A DNA stretch of 63,003 nt, the filler included, from Collodictyon triciliatum (taxonomy: Eukaryota), in NCBI GenBank assembly GCA_043381765.1. It is 11 parts of 11 records of this genome, joined end to end, with 100 filler letters (N's around TTAATTAATTAA, not from the genome) between each part and the next. Parts side by side here need not be neighbours in the genome. Positions count along the whole stretch, not along the records: positions 1 to 5,864 come from JBHJMP010004885.1; positions 5,965 to 11,819 come from JBHJMP010004886.1; positions 11,920 to 17,773 come from JBHJMP010004887.1; 8 more parts are not named here. One strand, given 5' to 3'. Shown one piece after another: positions 1 to 12,442 of this stretch. Positions within the stretch are counted from its first letter, which is position 1. Each line of letters begins with the position of its first letter. The position numbers and the translations under genes are program-made. The notes beneath the pieces are model-generated. The model made no database searches, was not told the origin of the DNA, and saw only the letters and a program-made list of their open reading frames with translations.

Positions 1-90
1 TTTTGTTTTGTTTTGTTTTGTTTTGTTTTGTTTTGTTTTGTTTTGTTTTGTTTTGTTTTGTTTTGTTTTGTTTTGTTTTGTTTTGTTTTA
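1..90 (+). repeat. (TTTTG)n microsatellite at the window start
   Basis: Direct reading. Confidence 0.95.
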
Positions 91-145
91 TTTTATTTTG
101 TTTTTGTTTTTTTGTGGAAAGGGAAGCGCAAATTATTCATGTTTG

Positions 146-3100
146 TCAGAGTGACAGTTTGGTGTCGAAAAGCTGGAGCATGGTCATGCTTGCGATGGAT
201 ACATGGCGATATGAGAAGATGCACAGATATTGTTTCCTGGATGAAGTTAGTCTTTGCAGTGAGGCCTGTCATAATTGAGCATTGTTATCATCAGAAAAAA
301 TAAACTGGCAATAATTGGGCTGATGAAGGGGGCACAAGAGCTCATAGGTTGTCGAATTCCTGTCGCACTTAGACATCATGTGAGAATAAACAGAATACAT
401 TGGATTGGTTCGAAAAGTGTAAATCCGAAACAAAAACAGAAGCAGAAATAGAGACAGAATCAAAACTTCCGTACGCGAAGCTTTTGCTGCAGCTCTACAT
501 TTTGAAAGACCTGTGCTGGTGTGGCCCCATTCAAAAAATTAATCTAAACACATAGTATATCTAAGTAAAAGGGGGCGTTCTTTAAGATAGTGCTCTTCCT
601 AACATCGCACCTTCCATTTATTATTTGATCGTCATATTTTAATTTTAGTTCGATAAAGAGTAAAAAGCAGCTGTTCAAATGAAAGATTTCAGAGCGCATA
701 CGTGCTGATATTTATGATCAAATATACCGCGTGTTCTCCGTGCACGAGAACTTGTGTAGACCCAGTTTCATCCTCTATTTTTAACTGGAACATGAAAACA
801 AGTTCGAATATGGTCGGAGTTGAACAAACTGGGCACAAGACAAGGGTCGAATAATCTACAGGGGAATGCAATCACCGGCATGAACATCAATCACCAGGTA
901 TTCATATAATTCTACACTCATGGTCTTTCATGGTTGTTCTGTTATTTTTCCAATTTAAATTGACTTGGATAAAATAGAATCAAAATCTTATTGAGGCCCT
1001 TTCCAGGAAAAAAAAAACCCTTCAAAAAAAACCTGGTTGATCCGTGACCTTCTGCCTAAGCATAGAAAAAATACCCATTAATGACAATACCAGGATGAAA
1101 CACTCTTACTCACACATTTTAAAGAAAGTATGAAAAATTTTATGGCGAATGCCTTTTTGAATTTTTTTGTTAAAGAAGCTCATTTTTTTTGTGTACGTAA
1201 GTAAATGTGTATCTCTGTCCTCCTTTTTTTTTTTTTTTATTGTTTCAAGAAAGCTTACGTTTTCTTACAGTGTTTACAAATTAACCGAATAAAGTCAGCA
1301 ACATCTTTAGGATATATATCTCTCACAAACACTTGAACGACATACTTGTTTGGAATCTATATTTTTCCCCAAGAAAAAAATGTGACATATCCGGTGGAGT
1401 TATTACTTAATACCACAGTAAAGCAATTGGGAGCGTCCTACCATTTTTGAACTCATAATTTCCAATATTCCTGTATGGCGATGCTCTCTATGAGGAATAA
1501 CTGCTCATGATAGGATGAATTATGGATATTAATAAAAGTAAGAGCTCTAATATATCTTGATGTTAGGTCGCCTTTATTTAATTTTATTATCTAGATACCA
1601 GTTAAAAGCCCTTCTAAGCTTTCCGTATGGTGAGGGTTGTTAATAAAAGGTATAGAGTCCTAAAAAAAAAAAAGTTAAAAGATTAATAACATAGACTAAA
1701 ATATGGGGCGATAGGATCATCATAGTTCTTGAAAAAATAGAAAATTCATAATCAAACTGACTGGCATATCAAAAACAAGTAATAAACAAATGTATCCAGT
1801 TTTCATAATATCATTTTTGGATCGGGTATAGGGGAAAATAGTATTATAGCATAATTGATCAAAAAGAGTGGGATGGTATCCGGAGAAACCTACACGATCC
1901 GTTTGTTGAATTTTCTCAGCAGCTTGCTGTTGCGCACCGCATGGTTCACTTTCGAGCTGATTGCGTAGAGATGGCGTTCTTAACGTAGAACTAGTGATAT
2001 AAAATTACGTACACGCTCTTTACTTTTCGACTGTTTTGTATAATGTATTTATTCGTTACACGTCACAAAAAAGTAAATAAATAGTGATATTATGGCAAAA
2101 TAAAAATAAAACCCGAAAAAAAGTGGTCTCCAAGACTATTGTAATCTCATTTATCGAAAGAAACTTAACTAATTAAATATGGGAATCACCTCTGTAAAAT
2201 CTCAACATCTTTGTGGTTGGGGTGCATGAAAACCATGGAGCTGCTATCACCAAAAAAGACAACGCTGCTTGAGGACATAACATTTCTCAATCGCACCCAG
2301 ATAGGAACGGAAATCGCCTATTATTTAAATATTTTTTCTCTCAAAATCATATCTAGAAGCACGGGTACATTTCATTCAGAACGTGGCCCCTACAATATAT
2401 GAATTGAAAATATTTACTTATAAGTGTGCATTATTGTTTATGATGCCTAAAAGATTATAGGTGGCCTCATGATTTAATTAGACATGTACCATAAGGTATT
2501 TTGTAACATATATCCTGTTCAACTGGCCAGAAAATTGAATTTGAATTGCCTCAGGTGGGATAAGTTCATTACTTTGGAGGCGATAGCTTTCGGGTGGCTC
2601 TGTTCCATCCGTAGCAATCACGGTTTGAACAAGATCGACCGCTCCGACCTCGAAGGAGTGTATCTAAATAAACAATTATAAGTTATATGAAACCTAGCTA
2701 TCACATATATGATATTACATTTCATGGAGATAAAATCATGATGAAAACCTTGCATAGGATGTCAAAACCGTTTTTGGGCTCCAGGGCCGAGAATGTTCTG
2801 GTAAAACTTCTATCTCCGACTTGTGGTACAGCAAGAAAATTATTTCATAAATTGATAAAAAAAAAATCTACATTCAAAATTGAATAGAAAATTTAATCCT
2901 TTCAATAAAAATAATTCTTGGTGTGCCAAATAAAATTGGTTTACATCTCATTGTTGTAATCGACATTAGTCTTGGTTTTACAAAGGATTGAACTTGTTTG
3001 ACATCTTCATCTTCATCCCACGTATAATTTGATGATGGAAATGATAGTGACTCCCATGTTGAAACATCTTGTCCATCTTATGAACCAATGGGGTAAAAAA

Positions 3101-4227
3101 AAATATTTATAAACAATTATCCGATAAGAAAACGATATGGTTTCTCTGGTTCTTTGCTCCCGATTCGTTTCAAATTTTAGGATAGTTTGGCTATATAAAG
3201 GGCGAATAAAGTGTACGCGTTTATTTTATGTGGCTTATCTCGTGTATTCATATGTGAATATTCATATTAAATTTATATACCATCTTTGATCTTTATGAGA
3301 AGTATTGATGTTCTGATTCCATTCTTCTTCATTAAATTGACCCCTCCTTCGACATTACCATTAATCGATACAAACTATTTCGAGGGTGGTCAATTCTTAA
3401 AATCATTAAGCAAGGTACTTTATAAGCCGTATATGCCCACTTCAAGGGAGATAGATGTTAAAAAAAAAAAAATAATTCATCAACACAAACAACTTTTAAT
3501 ATTCAAAAATGTGCAGCAGCCTTGAAAAGGAAATGAATTTAAAATTATTCATGACTGGGATATTTCAAACCTTGATTCTGTGGAAGCGTACGATATCTCC
3601 AACACATATTGGCACAGGAAAATCTTCCTGCTTTGATTCAAACAATCGTACAACAACAGAATTTCCTCTATCATCCGCAACTCGAATAAGAAACTTCATG
3701 TCTAGAGAAAAAAAAATTAACAACAGGGGATACTCATCCAACTGAGAACCTTAAAAAAACCTTTTCCAGAAAGATTTGGTTTTCAAAATGAATAAATATA
3801 TTGCATTGTGCCCTATTAAAAAAATCTCGCAACGAAAACCTGAGCCTTTTGTCGTTGTGGGGCATGAGCAGTCTGCAACAAAGCCGTAAAGATTTTGCGT
3901 CTGTCCCGCAGCAACTTCATTCAAAGGCGTGTATTTGTAAGAAGATTTCTTTGAGATGAAATGAGTAAATAAAAGTCCGAGAAAAAAAAAGGTAAATAAA
4001 AAAGTGAGAGTTTGACTTCGAAGATAAAAGCTACGCAAGGTAAAAAAAAAAATTGGCTTATCCATCATATATGTGACTGACATCTCATTTTGTAGCATTG
4101 GGCACGTCAAGGGTCTTGTGTTGCAGAAAGGAAAGGCAAAGAAAAATACCACCTTCGCTGCTGGTGTGACAGGACGGATTGATACAGATTCAATTGCGAG
4201 CGGTCGTTTTGTGCGGCTGTTCTCCAT
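146..4227 (-). CDS. POT1: Protection of telomeres 1 (multi-exon OB-fold ssDNA telomere-binding protein)
   Basis: Hand-spliced exons give OB1 motifs YKYTPLNEV...QNLYGFVADCSCP and GDIVRFHRIK. C-terminal exons give CPVC..FELVFMFQLKIEDETGS, FLNGATPAQVFQNVELQQKLR and final LCIFSY...QLFDTKLSL* (stop 146-148). Internal exon boundaries not all resolved. Confidence 0.85.
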
Positions 4228-4658
4228 CGGCAGTTCGGTTGGCCTTTATGAGCGCCGCTGTTACATTTATAAANNNNNNNNNNNNNNNNNNNNNNNNNNN
4301 NNNNNNNNNNNNNNNNNNNNNNNNNNNNNNNNNNNNNNNNNNNNNNNNNNNNNNNNNNNNNNNNNNNNNNNNNNNNNNNNNNNNNNNNNNNNNNNNNNNN
4401 NNNNNNNNNNNNNNNNNNNNNNNNNNNNNNNNNNNNNNNNNNNNNNNNNNNNNNNNNNNNNNNNNNNNNNNNNNNNNNNNNNNNNNNNNNNNNNNNNNNN
4501 NNNNNNNNNNNNNNNNNNNNNNNNNNNNNNNNNNNNNNNNNNNNNNNNNNNNNNNNNNNNNNNNNNNNNNNNNNNNNNNNNNNNNNNNNNNNNNNNNNNN
4601 NNNNNNNNNNNNNNNNNNNNNNNNNNNNNNNNNNNNNNNNNNNNNNNNNNNNNNNNNN

Positions 4659-5643
4659 ATAAAACCGTATCGTTGGTTTTGTCATAGTCATCCGCATTCT
4701 TCACAATCGACTTTAGAGATGTTTTCACATTTCGATAGTCCGGTTTTACAGACTTCAGATTCTCAAACTCAAGGCGTTTTTTTTTTCTATGTCTGAAAGT
4801 CTTTGTTTTACTTTTTACTTTAGATAACTACCAAGTTTTTAATTTTAATAAAACTTGAGTCAATCAGTCAATTTAATAATTTAATAAATACAACTGCTTA
4901 AAATCCATTCATGTGAAACCAAGCATCTACCGAGTCTCTCAAAATATGCGTATTGTGGCAAACAAACACTCAAAGTTTTTTTTTATATGTGATTTGAGAC
5001 AAAACGCTGAGAGCCCATTCGGCGAGTTCGAAAGGGCAGCCTTATAGCCATTTCGACTGAAAGTCAACATATCGGCCCCAAACAACATGATTACCACCGC
5101 AAGTGTCGATAGTATGCTTTTTCTGAAATGCATGTTTGGTGGTAGATTTATAGGGTGGGTTCTGTCTGAGCCAAGGCAACAGCTTGTTTGTAATTTTTGA
5201 ATTTTAATGATATTGATAATACTATTATATAAATGAAAATAAAACACAAATTGTCTACAGGAATAAGATGAGATTATTAAGTATTTTTAATAATTATTAT
5301 ATACACTAATCATACTAAAATATTATTCAGGTTGTTTCTTGGATTCGTCAAAGCTCCTGCTTTTGTCAATCCAGATTTAATTCGATGGTTGTCTGCGCAA
5401 TAAACTGCTATATAAGATTGAATCGAATAAAGGAAAAAAAAAACTGCTATATATGAGTGCGCTTTCGTTGTATAGAAAGTGGTCTGCCTTGAAAGGGATA
5501 AAACCAAGTTTGTCACAGCCTTTGTAATGAAGGTTATCCATTTACAGGCTGGATGAGATTGAAGAAAAAAAAAAGAAGAAAAAAGAAAAAGAGAAAAGAG
5601 AAAGAAAGAAAAAAAAAAGGGAAAGAAAAGATAAACGGATGAA
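4659..5643 (-). mobile_element. Fanzor1-carrying element, copy A (5' portion only; abuts an N gap)
   Basis: Collinear similarity with 46060-47027, including Fanzor N-terminal codons (NVKTSLKSIVKNADDYDKTNDTVL) and about 0.85 kb of upstream non-coding sequence. Confidence 0.85.
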
Positions 5644-5864
5644 TAAATCAGAGCTACTTATACTGAACACTATAATCATAATTGTATTGCTACCCGTGGG
5701 TCGATGCCTTGAGCTCCATATGTCTTCTTTATTCCTCTTTGCTATTATGATGATGATGATTATGATTATTATTATGATTATTATTATGATTATTATTATG
5801 ATTATTATTATGATTATTATTATGATTATTATTATGATTATTATTATGATTATTATTATGATTA

Positions 5865-5964
5865 NNNNNNNNNNNNNNNNNNNNNNNNNNNNNNNNNNNN
5901 NNNNNNNNTTAATTAATTAANNNNNNNNNNNNNNNNNNNNNNNNNNNNNNNNNNNNNNNNNNNN
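5865..5964. other. Artificial contig-joining spacer (N44-TTAATTAATTAA-N44). Recurs at about 11820, 17774, 23727, 29679, 35628, 41574, 47522, 53466 and 59410.
   Basis: Identical 100-nt structure with a stop-in-all-frames linker, separating segments of near-steadily decreasing length (about 5.85 kb). Confidence 0.97.
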
Positions 5965-6124
5965 TTTGATTATTTTTTTAATTTTTTTTACCCTTTCCTA
6001 TGTTGCAGCTTTTGTGTATCTGTCAAAACATTATAGTCGCGCACTCATCGTTTTAATGCTCGCTTATTAATCTGTCGTAAAAGGAAGAAAGAAGCGAAGA
6101 AAGAAGCGAAGAAAGAAGAGACTC

Positions 6125-8653
6125 ATGAAAAGCGCATTGATTAGTGTGTATCTGAAGGCACTTCGGTACGTCGTTCTCGAACATAGCTACTTGTCCTTAA
6201 CCCTCAAGCGGACAGCTGCAAAAAGAAATTACATTTATTCTCGTTATTATTTTCAATTGGCTTTTACAACGCTTTTTCTTATTGCTTTTTCTTATTGCTT
6301 TTTCTTATTGCTTTTTCTTATTGCTTTTTCTTATTGCTTTTTCTTATTGCTTTTTCTTATTGCTTTTTCTTATCGCTTTTTCTTATCGCTTTTTCTTATC
6401 GCTTTTTCTTATCGCTTTTTCTTATCGCTTTTTCTTATCGCTTTTTCTTATCGCTTTTTCTTATCGCTTTTTCTTATCGCTTGTGTTTCTTTTCAGACAG
6501 CTTTGAATCCCACATACCTATACTGAATATCTCGCTATAACCTCAGCGATGGGAGTCGCTTGACTGAATCGCAAGTTATGCAGATGCGTCCTCTTTACGG
6601 CCGAGTTGTGCGCCACTTTCGAGTCGATGGTGAGTATTCGGTATTAGATTGCTTGGCCGATTATCCAAAGCGCTGCCGCGAGAAGGTGCATATTAGATTT
6701 GCAAACATTCCTGAAAGATGCATACTGTTTGTTATACGCTTCAATTCTGCTCATATTTGTTTGTTTGATTTAGAGAAAATTCTTTCATCAATACTTTTTC
6801 TTCGATTGGAAGAAGGAATCCATTAAACAGATTTTTGATAAAGCTGCCAGAAAACCCACCATATGTCTTTTTCCTCGGAATTGATGGCCTGAAGGAAATC
6901 ATCGGCCGCCCATTCAGCCAGGTTCTGCATCCTTTCTTTATCTTTATTTTCCTGCGTTTCAAAAATAACTCATCTAGCAGAATAATGTGTATGTAAAGAA
7001 TCTGCCGCAACGTGCAAAGTGTATTATCAGCTTTTCTGACTTTCCACGTCTTTCTGTTGTATATTTTTTTTGACAAAACCGAACTTTAAATACAGGTTTG
7101 CTTAGACATATTGTGTTGGAAGAAGGATGCCCTTTTTGTACAACAAGTTGGCCTGATGAAGGTTTCTTGAGAATCACTTTGTGCAAATACATGAATGCTC
7201 GTATCTGATTCAGCCATAAGAAATGAATTGAACAAGTGGAAAGCGATGTACCAGAAAACAGACAAAAGTTGTTTTTTTTTTGTGTGTGTTTGTTTGTTTA
7301 TTTGTTTTTGTTTGTTTGTTTTTTGTGTTTGTTTTTGTGTTTGTTTGTTTTTGTGTTTGTTTGTTTGTTTTTGTGTTTGTTTTTGTGTTTGTTTTTGTGT
7401 TTGTTTTTGTGTTTGTTTTTGTGTTTGTTTTTATGTTTGTTTGTTTGTTTGTTTGTTTGTTTGTTTGTTTGTTTGTTTGTTTGTTTGTTTGTTTGTTTGT
7501 TTGTTTGTGCCTTAATTTTACGGTCAGTAATACAAATATTTGGTTTAATTTTTTAGGGCGATGACCTGAGATATCAGCTTATTTTGGTGGATACGTCCAT
7601 CGACACTGGTTTGTGCCCGACTTTGGCTGATGCTGGTGGAGTGGTTCAAATACTCAAACGTGACTATCCACAATCTGCTGCTCGCTTTGAAAAGTATATC
7701 CCCGACATCATGGACATCCAAAAGCTTCCAATCGAAGAAAAGTTCAAGCATTTCCAGTAAGTCTCCGTAATTTGATTTTTTTTTCATTTTCATTTTCATT
7801 TTCATTTGTTCAGTTTACATGAAACTTTACTACACATACATCCTTTCATCAGATAAACTTTATGTATGTGTAGCAAGATGCTTATTCACGTTTTTGTTTG
7901 GTCTTCTGAGAAACATATATTGAGTGAGTCCTAGTAGATGTAGAAATAATTAGAATGACAATTTTACTCCAGAGAATACGAAATCTTTTGGCAGGATGAA
8001 TGGAGAAGAATGTGGACGGGTTGGAGTGTTGCTGAGACTCCGAACGCAGATGCACAGCTTATGACTTTCGAAAGATTTGAGTCTATTCCGTTAGAGAGAG
8101 TGACACTAGTTGATTGCAGGTTTTTTTTTATATATATGTTTATATTTGAGGGAATTCTTTGTGTTTCGAAGAGAGACAATTACATCGATGTTCACATAAT
8201 CTTCAGTCGATTTTTTTTATTTCTCATTCAAAGGAAATATGCAGAGTACAACGAGTTAATTCAATACTTAATGTAGGAGACTACTTTTTGATACACTATT
8301 TTGTGGGCACCGATACACTTTTGAAGGATTCACCACAAACAACATCGGTGGAAGGTTTGGCTACATTTTTCCATTCAGAATAAAAAAAAATCATCATACA
8401 CGTCAAGAATAGTAAAATAAATGAAAAGGATGCCCAAGTGATTGATAAAGAAAAATTGATTCTGTACTTCATATGTTTTGTGGGGTCGAATGTTGGACAT
8501 CATGAAAACATCGATTCACAAGTAATTTTCAGGATATCAGAGTTTTTGTGCCGCAACGTAAACCTGTCGACTCTGCAAACCTCGACAAAGGAGACGCTGT
8601 GCATGACACAGGAGGAATACGACGAGATTCTTTCAAAGGATTATCTCCAGTGA
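6125..8653 (+). CDS. Multi-exon hypothetical protein
   Basis: Exon 1 MKSALISVYLKALR|gtacgt splices in frame to ctcag|...DGSRLTESQVMQMRPLYGR. Further GT-AG bounded exons at about 6830, 7098, 7557, 7973, 8278 and 8533. No family recognised. Confidence 0.5.
6270..6481 (+). repeat. 13-mer tandem repeat (TTATYGCTTTTTC)n in an intron
   Basis: Direct reading; the unit switches from TTATTG to TTATCG midway. Confidence 0.9.
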
Positions 8654-8943
8654 TAAAACATTTTCAACCCGGGGACACTCCAAGCATATTCAAAGAGAAT
8701 GCACTGATATCCAACCCCCTTCACAAAATATGAAAAAGTTGGAAAGAGACATAAATCCACGCTTACTATATATTAAAAAGTAAATTTTACTTTTTATGCC
8801 GCAGATAGGAAGAGAGGAAAGAAAAGAAGAGGAAAACAGAGTTGTGTAGAAATTGAAATGAGAGAAGAAAAAGAGGAAGACACTCTGCCCAAACCGATGT
8901 GCTTGTCGAATGTCTTTTGTCTTTGTAAGCATGCAAGTATTAA

Positions 8944-11655
8944 CTAATGCCTTGTCTTGTCGGGTTGTCTAGGCTGGCCCTCTGGTATGTGGCACAAGGG
9001 ACCAAACATCTTCTTTTGGCACAAGCGGCCTTTTACGCGAACCTCGTAGATTGTCCACTCGCGGTTGTGGTACACATTTTTCATGTTTTCCTCGAGCCAA
9101 GGGCGGTTGATATCTGCACCGTCGAGCTTAGATGCAGCGTTTGAGAGGGCGATGTAATCGATTCCGTTGTCTTTGCACAGAGTCAATGCATCGTCGGATC
9201 CAACAATGATTTTGCGAGCGATTCTCTCGCGGCGTGACCAATCCAGACCTCGAGATGATAGCCAACCCTGCATCACGGAGGGCGTTTGGGTGGGGTTTCG
9301 TCGAATGTGGTTGGTATATGCAAATATAACAGGAATAATCATCAGAAAAGAAAAGAAAAAAAGGAGTTGTGTGGAATACTTTATTATGCATATGCAATGC
9401 GTGGGTGCGGAAATGAAATGGATGTAATACACAGGAAAAATGCAGCGAGAGAATGAGAAGAAGGAGGAAGAGAGGAAGAGATAACCTTGTATCCGTAATA
9501 GAGAGACTTTCCTCCCCATGTGGAGACGGGATGGTTGTGTCTGGTGCTTGTGAGGAAAACCGACTCTGGCCCAGTGTTGTATCTGACCCATTCACCCATC
9601 TCCAAGTCCGCCTTTGAGAGTAAAGGGTACTGTTCGCTGAGCTCCTTCTTGACCAAGCATATCTATTGCACATAGAAACATATCGTCATGTGTATATAAA
9701 CGCTTTCTTTTTCTTTTTCTTTCTTTTTTTTACAATCATTTATCAATGCACTATGATTCCTCATCAATAGAATTGATATCGAAGAACGCAAAGGCATCTA
9801 TTTATCCTTGCTAAAGTTAATAAAATAAAATATAGTATCATCAAAGAAAGAAAAATTTTGCCCAGTAAGTTTGTTTTGTTGTTTTCTCTCTGTGAAACGT
9901 TATTGATTGATTGATTGATTGATTCTTGCTGAAATAAAAAAAATTCAAAAAAGAAGGAAAAAACCAGGAATAGTAATAACAATTATATATGTAGATGCAT
10001 GAAAAGACGATGATGATTTCGATGATGATGATGTTGATGATGGTGATGATAATGATGATTTCGATGATGAAGATTTCGATGATGAAGATTTCGATCGAGG
10101 TAATTACCAATCCGGGAAGCACGTGAGAAAGAAACAAAGCGAGAGCAAAGAGCGCGTAAAGATGGCCGATGCGAGCGACGCGCACACAGAAGAGGGCGAA
10201 GGAATACGCCATGGCAAAGAAGGCAACATAGAGGATCTTCATGTTGTCCACCTCCCAGGGCTGGAAGTTGAAGAGAAGAGCGATGAGGAAGAGGACCCAG
10301 AACGGGAGAAAGCGAGCACGCAGGTGCGGATGCACAAAGAAGGCGAGGCCAGCCAAGGCAGCGTAAGGAACGGGCCCGAGACAATCCCAGCCCCACCGGA
10401 GCGGGCCGATGTCCTGGAAGGTCCACATGGGAGCAAAGTGCGCAAAGCCCCACCGGGCCGCGCCGCCCGAGAAGGCGAGCATCTGCGGGGCGCCGAGGAG
10501 GAGGGCGGGGGCGGCCCAGTGGGCTGCGTAGATTGCGAGGCGCAGAAGGCCCGGGCGGGCGTGGAGGCTGCAGTGGAGGGCGAGGGTGAGGGGCGCCAGG
10601 ACGGCGATGCTGATGAAGGCGTGGCCCTGCAGGAAGGGCAGCAGGCCGGCAAGCACGCCGGAGAGCTGGAGGCAGCGCAGGCGGGCGCGGGTGTGGCGGC
10701 GGGAAGGCGCGTCCGGGACGTCGAGGCCCGCCCAGAGGGCCAGCAGCGCGCCGAGCAGCAGCGGGTATGCGTAGAGGGCCGAGCGCTGGGGCAGGATGAT
10801 GTCCTTGAGGAAGAAGAGCCAGAAGCGCGGCTCCGTCTGCGCAAGATTGCCGCCGCACAGGGCCACGGCAAAGACAGATGCGGCCGCGGCCGGGGCGCAG
10901 CGTGTGAGGCGCAGCCCCGCGCGGTAGAGCAGCGTCAGCAGCGCCCACGCGGCAGAGAGCGACGGCAGCAGCAGCGCCGCCCGGTGCGACCAGCCCGCAG
11001 CCACAAGCAGCGCCGTCTGCGCGTCCGGCACCAGCGGATAGACCAGCCGCGCCCCGTCGAAGATGGCCTCGCTCAGCGCAAAGAGGTTCATGGCCTGCGA
11101 GTTGCGGCCCCACAGCAGCGAGTTGCTGACCGTCAGGTGGAACGGCAGGTCCGCGTAGCAGTTGCCGCCCGTCAAGGCCCCGGCTGGCCCGCCGTCCGGC
11201 AGCAGGTGCGTCCACATCACCCGCCCGAGGACCAGCCACAGCCCCCACACCGCCCACAGCTCCGCCTCCACCGCCCGGGCGCCCAGGCGCTTTGCCGAGG
11301 CCGCCGTCTTTGCGCCCAGACTCCCATCCAGACCCGGCCTCATGTCGGCATTGGCTTCGCGATTCAGACTCGGATTGGTATGCGGATGAAGGCCTGTGTC
11401 GCCCGTGGTTGCGGCCCCCCATCCCGGTCCGGTGATGTGCAGCAGGAGGTGCAGCAGCGTCACAGAGAGGAGCCCCGTCTCGTCCAGTTGTCCCCGGGCG
11501 TGGGCTGCAAAGAGGCCGCCCCAGACGGAGGTGGTGAAGCCGCCCATGATGGATATCCCGGCTTGCTCTGTCGCAGAGAGCTCCGGGTATGCGTGCTGCA
11601 GGTATTGGAACCAGACGGCTGGCCCGCTCACGAGGAAGGCCGCTCCGAGAAGCAT
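8944..11655 (-). CDS. Polytopic membrane protein, probable GT-C-fold glycosyltransferase-like; 5' end may lie beyond the contig
   Basis: 604-aa ORF with many TM segments and motifs YADLPFHL, PQRSALY and FQPWEVDNMK. Downstream exons EWVRYNTGPESVFLT...HPVSTWGG...GY and GWLSSRGLD...NGIDYI are typical of the C-terminal domain of such proteins. Confidence 0.65.
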
Positions 11656-11919
11656 CTGGTTATTTGTCTCCTTTGCTGACGGGTGGTTTTTTTTTATTGG
11701 TTTTTTTTATTGGTTTTTTTTATATACTTAATATTAAGTATATATAGATATCACTTTAACCCTGCAATCTCGAAAATTCACCTGGAAACCGTTCGCTGAT
11801 ACTATATTTGGTATGTTTTNNNNNNNNNNNNNNNNNNNNNNNNNNNNNNNNNNNNNNNNNNNNTTAATTAATTAANNNNNNNNNNNNNNNNNNNNNNNNN
11901 NNNNNNNNNNNNNNNNNNN

Positions 11920-12200
11920 AAAACAAGAAAACAAGAAAACAAGAAAACAAGAAAAAAAGAAAACAAGAAAATAAGAAAATAAGAAAACAAGAAAACAAGA
12001 AAATAAGAAAAAAAGAAAATAAAAAATAAAAAATAAAAAATAAGAAAATAAGAAAATAAGAAAAAAAGAAAAAAAGAAAAAAAGAAAAAGAAGAAAGAAA
12101 AAAAGAAAATAAGAAAATAAGAAAATAAGAAAATAAGAAAATAAGAAAATAAGAAAATAAGAAAATAAGAAAGTAAGAAAGAAAAGAAAAAGAAGAAAAG
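11920..12200 (+). repeat. (AAGAAAAY)n-type A-rich microsatellite at the contig start
   Basis: Direct reading. Confidence 0.9.
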
Positions 12201-12442
12201 GCACAGCAAAGTATACAGTGGCGATAAGCTACGTGGGATTGATGAGAGCCTCATTATTTCTCCAATCTTTTTCAGTGGTGAACCGTCTTGCTCCCCTCTT
12301 TATGTCACTCTCCCCTTCAGATCACATAACCTAGAAACGGAGCAGGCCAGGCAGGCACCCTTTTCTCAGGGGATACAGAGTTTTAGAGCAACGCAAGGCG
12401 GAGAGACCAGACCAAAGAATCAATACTTGCACGTCCACCACG

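Noticed and set aside
6270-6481. Tandem repeats here and elsewhere as CRISPR-like arrays
   Set aside because: No unique spacers; these are simple micro- or minisatellites in eukaryotic introns and contig ends.
9983-11731. Long overlapping ORFs (479 aa minus strand, 518 aa plus strand)
   Set aside because: Shadow frames of a GC-rich exon, with no recognisable motifs.
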